43,260 nucleotides of DNA from Pilimelia sp. (GCA_035553735.1 DATMJT010000312.1:1-43260), one strand, 5' to 3'. Shown: positions 16,299-24,540, counted from the stretch's first letter. Numbers and translations are program-made. Notes: generated by a model from the letters alone, not told the origin.

Positions 16299-18317
16299 TC
16301 AATCGGCGAGGTCGTGCAGCACACCGCTCAGCTCAGCGAGTCGATTGTCGGCCCGGCGGCGCCGGTGCCTGACCCATTCCTTCCCTTCGGCGGCGATCCC
16401 TTCCAACACGTGCAGGGTCTGGACGAGGCCGGCTGCGTCCAGCGACAGGTCGGCGAGCCCGGAGGGATCCTCGTCAGGACGAATGCCCTCAGTGCTCGAC
16501 TCGATGACCTCGACCGAGATTGGGTCTCCGTTGAACAACGTCAGCTCGAAGGTCTGCCGCTGGGCCGCGATGCCGTCTATGCGGACCGCGGCTACGGCGT
16601 CGAAGCGGTAGTTCAGCCGCTGCGTCGTTCGGAAGGTCCCGGCCTGGAAATCCAGGTCGATGTTGACCTGCCGTACGCCGTCGTCGGTGAGCAGAAAGAG
16701 CAGCAGATGATACCGCGAATACCGCCACGGTCCCCGGGGGTATCGAGCTCGCTTGTAGGGGGCCGCCGGGGCCTCGATGAAGGCGTGTGCGATGACCTGG
16801 CTGGGCCGGAGCCGGGCCTGCCGCATCGCGCGGTCGACCAGGAGCTTCCGGTCACACTCCAGCCAGGTCGCCATCTCCGTGTCCGTTGGCTTGTCCGCCA
16901 GTTTGCGCTGCCAACGCTCGAACGCCTGCCAGCGCGCCGCCCACTGCTCGGCTCGCTCCGACTTCTCGGCGACCACCCTTCGGCGCTCGGCCACGAGGCG
17001 GAAGCCGGAGCGCACCGTGAGGACCGCGGATGTCGCCGCGAGTAGGATCCAGGCCGCGCCAGGCAGCGGCGAGTGCAGCACGGCCGCCGGTACCGCCCAG
17101 TAGCTCCCGACCGCGATCCCCGCCAGCCCACCGAGGATCAGCAGAGTCGTCACGACAGGTGTGCGGAGCCGGTGTCGGTACGCCGTCAACGTGTTGTACT
17201 CCCACCGCCGACGGACGTCGCCCACCAGGTAGCGGATCAACCAGGCGATCTGTTCCGCCTCGATGCGCTGTTCCCGGTAGATCTGAACCAGCTCATCGCG
17301 CAGGTGCCGGCGGATGCCGGCGGTCTGGGCGAGCCAGTAGGAGCGCTCCGTCCCTGCTGGTACGTACCGTCTGAAGTACTTGGTGAAGAGCCGGTCCACC
17401 GCCCTGGCGAAGCCACCTTCGGGCGCCTCGGCGCGTTGACGGACCGGCACGGTCAACTCTGCGTCCTTGGCCCGCAGCCGCATCCGACGAGAGTGCCGGT
17501 CCGCGCCGCCGACCGCGAAGGCGGCCAGGCCGACCAGGCAGGCGACGTAGCCGACGATCCCGGGTAAGGAGCCACGGCGGAGTAGCAATGCGCCGATATT
17601 GCCCGCCGCGAGCACAAATACCGGCGCGCCGATCACCATGCGTATCCACTCGCGCAGTGGGATCGACGCCGACGCGACCGGACGCACCCGTGGGCGCGCC
17701 GGTGTGGGATGGAAGAACTTCCAGATCCGTTCCTCTCTGCCCCCTTCCGCGCGGGCCGCTCGCGCCTGCTCGACGGAGCGGTGCCACATCTGGTCCACCA
17801 TGGGACCCTCAAGTAACACGCCGAGATGGTCGTAAATCTTGTCGCGCTGGTCGAGCGGCAGGGCGTCGACCTCCTTAAGGATTCGTTCCGTCTCGACGGT
17901 GTCCAAGGAGCCGAGCAGGCGAAGAACCACTCGGAGGCCACCGCCCCACTCGTCGGGTCGATCAAGCGCAGAGATGTCGGCACAGATGGCGGTGAGTCGG
18001 TCGAAATCTGCGCTCGCCAACTGTCGCAACGTCCGTCCGCTCAGCAGGGCGAGCAAGCGATGGAAGTGGACCTCGTTGGTCCGGTAGCCCTGCGCCGCGG
18101 CCTCCTCGATGAGCGCGTGGGCCCGCTCCCGCATGCGGCCGTCCAGATACCTGACGCCGATCCGGAACTTGTCGACGGGGGAGGCATCCGGCGGCAGCTC
18201 ATAGTGAACATCGAAGTGGATCGCCTGCGCCTGGATGACGTCGCCGATGATGTCCTGTGCCTGGACGCCGACCCGGGCATCCCCTTGTGCGATGTTGCTC
18301 GCGGTCGGCGTCGTCAC
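16299..18317 (-). CDS. Four-TM membrane protein of unknown function, partner of the upstream PNP-family enzyme
   Basis: 672 aa; no P-loop seen. N-terminal NIAQGDARVGVQAQDIIGDV motif, followed by a helical cytosolic region. Two TM hairpins (about aa 225-271 and 387-441). C-terminal beta-rich domain (YHLLLFLLTDDGVRQVNIDL...TFELTLFNGDPISVEV). GTGA overlap with the upstream gene. Confidence 0.7.
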   Translation of the reverse strand: MTTPTASNIAQGDARVGVQAQDIIGDVIQAQAIHFDVHYELPPDASPVDKFRIGVRYLDGRMRERAHALIEEAAAQGYRTNEVHFHRLLALLSGRTLRQLASADFDRLTAICADISALDRPDEWGGGLRVVLRLLGSLDTVETERILKEVDALPLDQRDKIYDHLGVLLEGPMVDQMWHRSVEQARAARAEGGREERIWKFFHPTPARPRVRPVASASIPLREWIRMVIGAPVFVLAAGNIGALLLRRGSLPGIVGYVACLVGLAAFAVGGADRHSRRMRLRAKDAELTVPVRQRAEAPEGGFARAVDRLFTKYFRRYVPAGTERSYWLAQTAGIRRHLRDELVQIYREQRIEAEQIAWLIRYLVGDVRRRWEYNTLTAYRHRLRTPVVTTLLILGGLAGIAVGSYWAVPAAVLHSPLPGAAWILLAATSAVLTVRSGFRLVAERRRVVAEKSERAEQWAARWQAFERWQRKLADKPTDTEMATWLECDRKLLVDRAMRQARLRPSQVIAHAFIEAPAAPYKRARYPRGPWRYSRYHLLLFLLTDDGVRQVNIDLDFQAGTFRTTQRLNYRFDAVAAVRIDGIAAQRQTFELTLFNGDPISVEVIESSTEGIRPDEDPSGLADLSLDAAGLVQTLHVLEGIAAEGKEWVRHRRRRADNRLAELSGVLHDLAD

Positions 18318-19468
18318 GCCAGCCCCTTGGCGACCGCGATAATCGTGGCCAGCCGCGCCGCCAGCTCCGTCACGTCAGCCAACAGGCCGCGCAGACGCTT
18401 CAGTGCCACCACCAGGGTGCTCCTGCTTCGTGGGGTGTCCTCTCGGACGCACTCCCGCGCCACGTCCAGCTCCGCAGTCGCGGCCGCGTACGTCTCCTCA
18501 TCGACTTGGCCGTCACCGCGAGCCCGCTTGAGATCCTCGCGCAGGTCCGCGATGGCGACTGCAAGGTCGACCGGCTCGTTGGGGGCGGAGCTGACGACGA
18601 CATTGCCGTGAATCTGTCCAGCCTGCACTCCGACCCGTGCGTTTCCGGTGGCGATGTTCCGGTTCGTCATGCTCATTGGCTCACTCCCGTTCGCTCGGAT
18701 CGGGCGGTTGGCACCCGTCGTGCTTTCGGTGATCAGTTCCTGCGCCAGGGCCACTGCGAAGGCTGCGGCGTGGGCTGCGGCTCGCGGCTGCCAGTTCGCT
18801 CCGTCGGTGGTCGCCTTGCTCCCGTCGGCGCGGTCGCTGATCCCGCGCACGACGATCACGGGAAGGGCACGGTTGAGGTGACCGGCCTGGGCCACGCCGG
18901 CAGCCTCCATCTCGATCGCCACAGCGTCGTTGTAGTGTTGGCGCACCCACCGCGCCTGGTCGGAGACGGCCGAGTCCTGTACGACCTCCCCGGCGGCGAT
19001 GGGCCCGAAGTGGACCCTCGGAACGGGGGCCGCGAGGAGCCCGCGACTCCACTCGTCGGACCGCGCTACGTGATGTGCGAGTTGGTCGGCCTCGTGGGCA
19101 ATCTCCCATGCCTTCGGTCGGGCCTTCAATCCGTCGTCCTCGCTGGTGCCCCCGTGGTACGCGTAAATCTTGCTGGCCACCACGACGTCTCCCAGCCGGA
19201 TGTTGGGCCACAGGCCTCCGGCTACGCCGACGAAGAGCGCAGCGGCGGGGGAGAACTCCGCCATCGCCCGCTCGGCCAGTACCGCTGCGGGATGGTTGCC
19301 CTTGCCCACCAGGGTGAGCGCCACCTGGCCACTGGTCCCTCCCACGCGGCCCACCTCGAAGCGGGTGCCGGCCGGGTGCCGGTGCAGCCGCAGGTCGGTC
19401 AGGTGCTTCCGGACGGCCTGGTACTCCAGATCCAGGGCCGTAAGGATCACGACAACGCCGGTGTTCAT
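18314..19468 (-). CDS. PNP_UDP_1 (MTA/SAH-nucleosidase-like) family nucleosidase with a C-terminal adaptor-like extension
   Basis: ILTALDLEYQAV, FVGVAGG, AIEMEAAGVAQ and VVRGISDRADG motifs of the purine nucleoside phosphorylase/nucleosidase fold (aa 1-245). An extra ~135 aa contains NIATGNARVGVQAGQIHGNVVV plus a helical tail. ATGA overlap with the upstream Nudix gene. Confidence 0.8.
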   Translation of the reverse strand: MNTGVVVILTALDLEYQAVRKHLTDLRLHRHPAGTRFEVGRVGGTSGQVALTLVGKGNHPAAVLAERAMAEFSPAAALFVGVAGGLWPNIRLGDVVVASKIYAYHGGTSEDDGLKARPKAWEIAHEADQLAHHVARSDEWSRGLLAAPVPRVHFGPIAAGEVVQDSAVSDQARWVRQHYNDAVAIEMEAAGVAQAGHLNRALPVIVVRGISDRADGSKATTDGANWQPRAAAHAAAFAVALAQELITESTTGANRPIRANGSEPMSMTNRNIATGNARVGVQAGQIHGNVVVSSAPNEPVDLAVAIADLREDLKRARGDGQVDEETYAAATAELDVARECVREDTPRSRSTLVVALKRLRGLLADVTELAARLATIIAVAKGLA

Positions 19469-20199
19469 GGTTCCGCCGTCTCCCTGTCTGTCGGGCTGGT
19501 GGGTCGGGTCATGGGCGGGTGCAGCGTCCGGTGCGGGCCAGCACGGAACAGCCGCGCGGGCCGACCGATGTCGCTCTTCCTGGTCGGACCTGCCGGCACG
19601 ATGAAGCCGTCGACGCTCTGCACCTTCCGGTAGAAGTTCCGCGGGTCGAGGCGCAGACCCCAGACCGCTTCATAGACGTGCTGGAGGTCGGAGATGGTGA
19701 AGGTCGGCCCGCAGAACGCCGTGGCCAGCGCGGTGTGCTCAAGCTTTCGCCGTGCGCGGTGCACGCCGTCGGCGACGATCCGGCGGTGGTCGAACGCCAG
19801 TCGTTCCCTTCCCGACAGAACCAGGTCGGTGGGCGTCCAGCACGCGTTCGAGGCGTCGGTCCCGGCGCTGGGTTCCGGAAGCCCGGGGGCGATCGCCAGG
19901 TAGGCAACGGACACCACGCGGCCTCTCGGATCCCGCTTCGGGGCGCCGTACACCCCCAGTTCCTCGAGGTGTAGGTGCTCTGCCGTCAGACCCGCCTCCT
20001 CGGTCAGCTCCCGGTGGGCCGCGGCCGGCAACTCCTCCTCGGCGTGGCTCAGAAAGCCGCCCGGAAGTGCCATCGCACCGCGGTACGGCTCGATGCCTCG
20101 CTCAACGAGCAGCACCTGCAACTGTCCCTCGCGGAGGGTGAGGATGACCAGATCCACCGCCAAGAGCACCGCCGGAGGGACCCACGAACCGTCGGACAC
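19465..20199 (-). CDS. NrtR-like protein: Nudix hydrolase domain fused to a C-terminal winged-helix domain
   Basis: Intact Nudix box GFLSHAEEELPAAAHRELTEEAGL. C-terminal FDHRRIVADGVHRARRKLEHTALATAF...FTISDLQHVYEAVWG, as in NrtR regulators. The start is uncertain: GTG 20199 is chosen from the expected domain start, but the ORF is open to ATG 20454. Confidence 0.75.
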   Translation of the reverse strand: MSDGSWVPPAVLLAVDLVILTLREGQLQVLLVERGIEPYRGAMALPGGFLSHAEEELPAAAHRELTEEAGLTAEHLHLEELGVYGAPKRDPRGRVVSVAYLAIAPGLPEPSAGTDASNACWTPTDLVLSGRERLAFDHRRIVADGVHRARRKLEHTALATAFCGPTFTISDLQHVYEAVWGLRLDPRNFYRKVQSVDGFIVPAGPTRKSDIGRPARLFRAGPHRTLHPPMTRPTSPTDRETAEP

Positions 20200-20593
20200 A
20201 GGGGCACCGTACCCATATTGTCGTCCTGACAGGAAGTGCTTCCGGTGTCGGCTTTCGGCAGGTTGCCGCCCCTCGTCGGCTGACAGCACCTCGCCGAGAT
20301 CGTCCGTGTGGCGAACTCGTGCGTGGCCCTCCCCGAGGGCGCCGGCGCCGCCGCGTGCACCGTCGCGGGCGCGCCGCGGGTCCGTGTGTTGGTGGCGACC
20401 GAGGGCCGTGGCTGGTGCCGCAGATCCTCGCTCTCGCCGCGGTGCCAGCTCCATAGTGCTGCGTCGCCGGAGCGGCTCAGGGGGTGGCTCAGGCGGTGCG
20501 GTGGCCGGCAGCCCGGCCCCCGCTCGGCGCGGGTCGTGCAGTCGTCGCGGTGCCGGCGGACCGGCCCAAGGGCGGCGGACGGAGGAAACCGTC

Positions 20594-20643
20594 TAGAGAT
20601 CTACATATGCGAATCCCTTGACTGAACGTCAGTTAGGAATCTA
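20594..20643. promoter_or_regulatory. AT-rich divergent promoter region with two TAG-N4-CTA dyads (possible operator)
   Basis: TAGAGATCTA at 20594-20603 and TAGGAATCTA at 20634-20643, inside the only markedly AT-rich stretch between the Nudix operon and the M4 peptidase gene. TTGACT at about 20618. Confidence 0.2.
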
Positions 20644-20718
20644 AACAGATAACTGTCGTAAACCCGATCGGCACCACCCGCTCCACCCCATCACCACCAC
20701 CCACCCCTAGGAGCCTTC

Positions 20719-23121
20719 GTGAGACGCAAACTCGCGTCCTTCGGCGTCGTGGCCCTGACCACGGGTGCCGCACTCGCGGTCGGCTTCGGCACGACCGAAG
20801 CCAAGACCGTGCCGGACAGTCAACCGGCGGCCGCGGCCGCCGACCCCCAGCTGCTGGCCGCCACCGTGGCGGACCGGGCCGCCGACAGCGGCCTGGACGC
20901 CCTGGCGAAGGGGCCCGAGGACAGCTTCGTCCGCCAGGCCGTGGTTCCCGGCGCCGGCGGGCTCAACTACGTCCGCTACCACCGCACCTACCGCGGGCTG
21001 CCGGTCGTCGGCGGCGACGCCGTCGTCACGGTGGACGACACCGGCAACATCCGCGACACCACCGCCGCCGAGTACGGCCGGGTGGCGCTGAGGTCGGTGA
21101 CCCCGCGGATCACCGCGGCGCGGGCGACGGCGACCGCCAAGGCCCAGCTCAAGGTCGTCGAGCACGCCGCGGAGCCGCAGCTGGTGGTCTACGCGCTGAC
21201 CAAGACCCCGCGGCTGGCCTGGGAGGCGCTGGTCGAGGGCGCCAAGGTGGACGACCACGCCGACCATGACCACGGCCACGGCGCCGGCCTGGTGCCCAGC
21301 CGCCTGCACGTCTTCGTGGATGCGCTGACCGGCAAGGTGCTGGACACCTCCGACGACGTCAAGCACGCCACCGGCACCGGGTACTACCTCGGCCGGGTCA
21401 CCTTCGACACGTCGCGCTCCGGGTCCAACTACGTGATGACCGACCCGAACCGCAGTGGCCTGCGCTGCGGCGGACAGGACGGCCAGTCGTACACCAACAC
21501 CTCCGACACCTGGGGCAACGGGTCGGGCACCGACCTGCGCACCGCCTGCGTCGACGCGTTCTACGCCGCCCAGAAGACCTGGGACATGCTCGGTGAGTGG
21601 CTGAACCGCCGCGGCTACAACGGCAACGGCGGCGGCCCGCCGGCGCGCGTCGGACTGAACCAGGTCAACGCGTTCTGGAACGGCTCGTACACCAACTTCG
21701 GCAGGTCGCAGGACGGGCAGCGCCAGGTCACCCCGATCGACGTGGTGGCGCACGAGTACGGCCACGCCATCGACCAGTACACCGGCGGCGCGGCCCGCGA
21801 GGCGGGCCTCGGCGAGGCCACCGGCGACATCTTCGGCGCCCTGGCCGAGCACTACATCAACAACCCGAACGACCCGCCGGACTACACCGTCGGCGAGGAG
21901 GTCAACCTGGTCGGCCGGGGGCCGATCCGGAACATGTACAACCCCTCGCTGGTGAACAACGACCCGAACTGCTGGTCGTCGGCCGTGCCCGGCATGGAGG
22001 TGCACAAGGCGGCCGGTCCGCTGAACCACTGGTTCTACCTGCTGGCCGAGGGCTCCAACCCCGGCGGCGGCAAGCCGAGCAGCCCGACGTGCAACAACTC
22101 CACGGTGGTCGGCATCGGCATCCAGAAGGCCGGCAAGATCTTCATGGGCGCGATGAACAAGAAGACCTCCGGCTGGACCCACGCCCGCTACCGGGTCGCC
22201 ACGCTGCAGTCGGCGGTCGAGCTGTACGGCGCGGCCTCCACGGAGTGCAACACGGTCAAGGCCGCGTGGAACGCGATCAGCTTCCCGGCGCAGTCGGGCG
22301 AGCCGCAGTGCCAGAGCGCCCCGTCGGACAACTTCTCGATCTCGGTCAGCCCGACCGCGGGCAGCGTCCAGCAGGGACAGTCGGTGACCACCACGGTCTC
22401 GACCCGGACCACGCAGGGCAACGCCCAGACCGTCACCCTGAGCGCGTCCGGCCTGCCGGCCGGCGTGACGGCGAGCTTCAACCCGCCGTCGGTGACCTCC
22501 GGTGGCTCCAGCACGCTGACGCTGACCGCGTCGGCGAGCGCCACGGTCGGGGCCAAGGCGATCACGATCACGGGTACGGCGCCGTCGGGTAGCCACACCG
22601 CCACCTACTCGGTGACCGTGACCTCGCGGGACACCGACCCGGTGGACGACTTCTCGGTGTCGGTGTCGCCGGGTTCGGCCACGGTGGAGCCGGGCGGCTC
22701 GGCGACGGCGTCGGTGGCGACGGCCACCACGTCGGGCAACGCGCAGGCGCTGACCCTGAGCGTCTCGGGCGCGCCCACGGGCGTGACCGCCTCGATCGAC
22801 CCCTCGTCGGTCACCTCGGGCGGCTCCGCGACGCTGTCGGTGCAGGTCGCCTCCACGGTGGCGCGGGGCAGCTACCCGCTGACGGTCACCGCGTCCGGCA
22901 CCTCCGGCACCAAGACCGCCACCTTCACGGTGACGGTCCAGGGCGACGACCCGCCGGGCGGCTGCAACGGCGTGCCGGCCTGGAGCGCCACCACGGCGTA
23001 CTCCCCGGGCGCCAAGGTGTCGCACAACGGGCGGCTGTGGAACTCCACCTGGTACTCCACGGGCGCCGAACCCGGTGCGCCGCAGTCGTGGGCCGTGTGG
23101 GCTGACGCCGGAGCCTGCTGA
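20719..23121 (+). CDS. Secreted M4 (thermolysin-like) metallopeptidase with two Ig-like repeats and a C-terminal chitin/carbohydrate-binding module
   Basis: Signal peptide. HEYGH zinc motif and GEATGDIFG. Two ~100-aa repeats (NFSISVSP.../DFSVSVSP...). C-terminal AWSATTAYSPGAKVSHNGRLWNSTWYSTG (CBM5/12-like). AGGAG RBS 5 nt before GTG 20719. Confidence 0.85.
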   Translation: MRRKLASFGVVALTTGAALAVGFGTTEAKTVPDSQPAAAAADPQLLAATVADRAADSGLDALAKGPEDSFVRQAVVPGAGGLNYVRYHRTYRGLPVVGGDAVVTVDDTGNIRDTTAAEYGRVALRSVTPRITAARATATAKAQLKVVEHAAEPQLVVYALTKTPRLAWEALVEGAKVDDHADHDHGHGAGLVPSRLHVFVDALTGKVLDTSDDVKHATGTGYYLGRVTFDTSRSGSNYVMTDPNRSGLRCGGQDGQSYTNTSDTWGNGSGTDLRTACVDAFYAAQKTWDMLGEWLNRRGYNGNGGGPPARVGLNQVNAFWNGSYTNFGRSQDGQRQVTPIDVVAHEYGHAIDQYTGGAAREAGLGEATGDIFGALAEHYINNPNDPPDYTVGEEVNLVGRGPIRNMYNPSLVNNDPNCWSSAVPGMEVHKAAGPLNHWFYLLAEGSNPGGGKPSSPTCNNSTVVGIGIQKAGKIFMGAMNKKTSGWTHARYRVATLQSAVELYGAASTECNTVKAAWNAISFPAQSGEPQCQSAPSDNFSISVSPTAGSVQQGQSVTTTVSTRTTQGNAQTVTLSASGLPAGVTASFNPPSVTSGGSSTLTLTASASATVGAKAITITGTAPSGSHTATYSVTVTSRDTDPVDDFSVSVSPGSATVEPGGSATASVATATTSGNAQALTLSVSGAPTGVTASIDPSSVTSGGSATLSVQVASTVARGSYPLTVTASGTSGTKTATFTVTVQGDDPPGGCNGVPAWSATTAYSPGAKVSHNGRLWNSTWYSTGAEPGAPQSWAVWADAGAC

Positions 23122-23157
23122 ACCCGGGCCGGCTGAGCCGGCCGCAGCACGGAACCA

Positions 23158-23195
23158 GTGAGGGGCGGGTACCGACCGCGGTACCCGCCCCTCAC
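23158..23195. terminator. Perfect 16-bp stem hairpin between convergent genes
   Basis: GTGAGGGGCGGGTACC-gaccgc-GGTACCCGCCCCTCAC. No U-tract, which is common in actinomycetes. Confidence 0.55.
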
Positions 23196-23218
23196 CCGTG
23201 TCGGTGTGGGCCGCCGGT

Positions 23219-24118
23219 TCAGGGCAGCGGGCGGCCGCCGGTCACGCCGAGCACCTCGCCGGTGACGTAGCTGGACTCCTGCGAGGCGAAGAAGACGTAC
23301 GCGGGCGCCACCTCCGCCGGCTGCCCGGCGCGGCCCAGGGGGGTCTGCTCGCCGAACGACTCGACCTTCTGCTCCGGCATGGTGGCCGGGATCAGCGGCG
23401 TCCAGATCGGTCCGGGCGCCACGGCGTTGACCCGGATGCCGCGTTCGGCCAGGTCCTCGGCGAGGCTCTTGGTCAGGTTGACCAGCGCCGCCTTGGTGGC
23501 CGCGTAGTCCAGCAGCTGCGGCGAGGGCTGGTACGCCTGGATCGACGAGCTGTTGATGATCACCGAGCCGGGCTTCAGGTGCGGCAGCGCGGCGCGGCAT
23601 AGCCAGAAGGTGGCGTACACGTTGGTCTTGAAGACCCGGTCGAACTGCTCGCTGGTGATGTCGGCCAGTCCGCCGGACTGGGACATCTGGTAGGCCGCGT
23701 TGTTGACCAGGATGTCGATGCCGCCCAGCTCGGCCACCGCGCGCGAGATCAGCTCCCGGCACTGCTCCTCGCTGGTGATGTCACCGGGCACCTGCACCGC
23801 GCGCCGCCCGGCCTCCGTCACCCAGCGGGCGGTCTCCCGGCCGTCGTCCTCCTCCTCGGGCAGGTAGGACAGCAGCACGTCGGCGCCCTCCCGGGCGAAC
23901 GCGATGGCGACCGCCCGCCCGATGCCGGAGTCGCCCCCGGTGATCACCGCTCGGCGGCCGGTCAGCCGGCCCGAGCCGCGGTACGACTCCTCGCCGTGAT
24001 CCGGGCGCTGGGGCATGTCCTCCGTCCGCCCCGGGTACGGCAGCTGCGCGCCGTCCTGCTGCTCGGGCTGCCGGTACTGCTGGCGCGGGTCCTGCTGGCG
24101 GTGCTGGTCGACGGACAT
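23219..24118 (-). CDS. Classical SDR family oxidoreductase (general-stress / glucose dehydrogenase-like)
   Basis: ITGGDSGIGRA cofactor motif. NNAA and YAATKAA catalytic motifs. 299 aa. Confidence 0.85.
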   Translation of the reverse strand: MSVDQHRQQDPRQQYRQPEQQDGAQLPYPGRTEDMPQRPDHGEESYRGSGRLTGRRAVITGGDSGIGRAVAIAFAREGADVLLSYLPEEEDDGRETARWVTEAGRRAVQVPGDITSEEQCRELISRAVAELGGIDILVNNAAYQMSQSGGLADITSEQFDRVFKTNVYATFWLCRAALPHLKPGSVIINSSSIQAYQPSPQLLDYAATKAALVNLTKSLAEDLAERGIRVNAVAPGPIWTPLIPATMPEQKVESFGEQTPLGRAGQPAEVAPAYVFFASQESSYVTGEVLGVTGGRPLP

Positions 24119-24218
24119 GGCGGCTCCCGATTCTTCGGCCGTGGTGTGCGGTGGGCCGGCGCGCGACCGCGCGGCGACCGGCGCCGGCTATGTAGTGCCC
24201 CGGCCCGGCCGGCTCAAC

Positions 24219-24282
24219 CACCCGGCTCGGGAATCACCCGGCTCGGGAATCACCCGGCTCGGGAGTGGCCCGGCTCGGCGCG
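24219..24282. repeat. Intergenic 16-bp tandem repeat (CACCCGGCTCGGGAAT, about 4 copies with the last ones degenerate)
   Basis: Read directly: units at 24219-24234, 24235-24250, 24251-24266 and 24267-24282. They lie between the divergent SDR and MCP genes. Confidence 0.8.
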
Positions 24283-24540
24283 ACCCCTGCGGGCGCCCGT
24301 CGGCCCGGCCGCGGTCGCCCGGGCTACCGCGCAACCCGGTGACCGGCTCCGCCGGCATCCGCCTGAGCCCCGGTGTGTCCGAGGCCACAACGCACCGACT
24401 GCGGCCGGTGTCCAGCTCCCGGGCCGAAGTGCTCATCCCGGGCTTCCGGCCGCCGAAGGGCGCGCAGGGATAGGTGCGCTCCGGCGCCTGCCCGGCCGCG
24501 GCTACCGCGGCCACCGGTACGTGACGAAAGTGTGGCAGGC

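Noticed and set aside
20604-20625. tRNA-like T-arm fragment (..ATGCGAATCCCTTGAC..) that could mark a tRNA-derived att site.
   Set aside because: Only a GCGAATCC heptamer-level resemblance. There is no GGTTCGAAT consensus, no acceptor stem and no CCA context. No intact tRNA occurs anywhere in the window.
24219-24282. Could the 16-bp tandem arrays (24219 and 33350) or the in-frame repeats be CRISPR arrays?
   Set aside because: The units are directly adjacent with no spacers, the period is only 16-66 bp, and there are only 2-6 copies. No cas genes are present.
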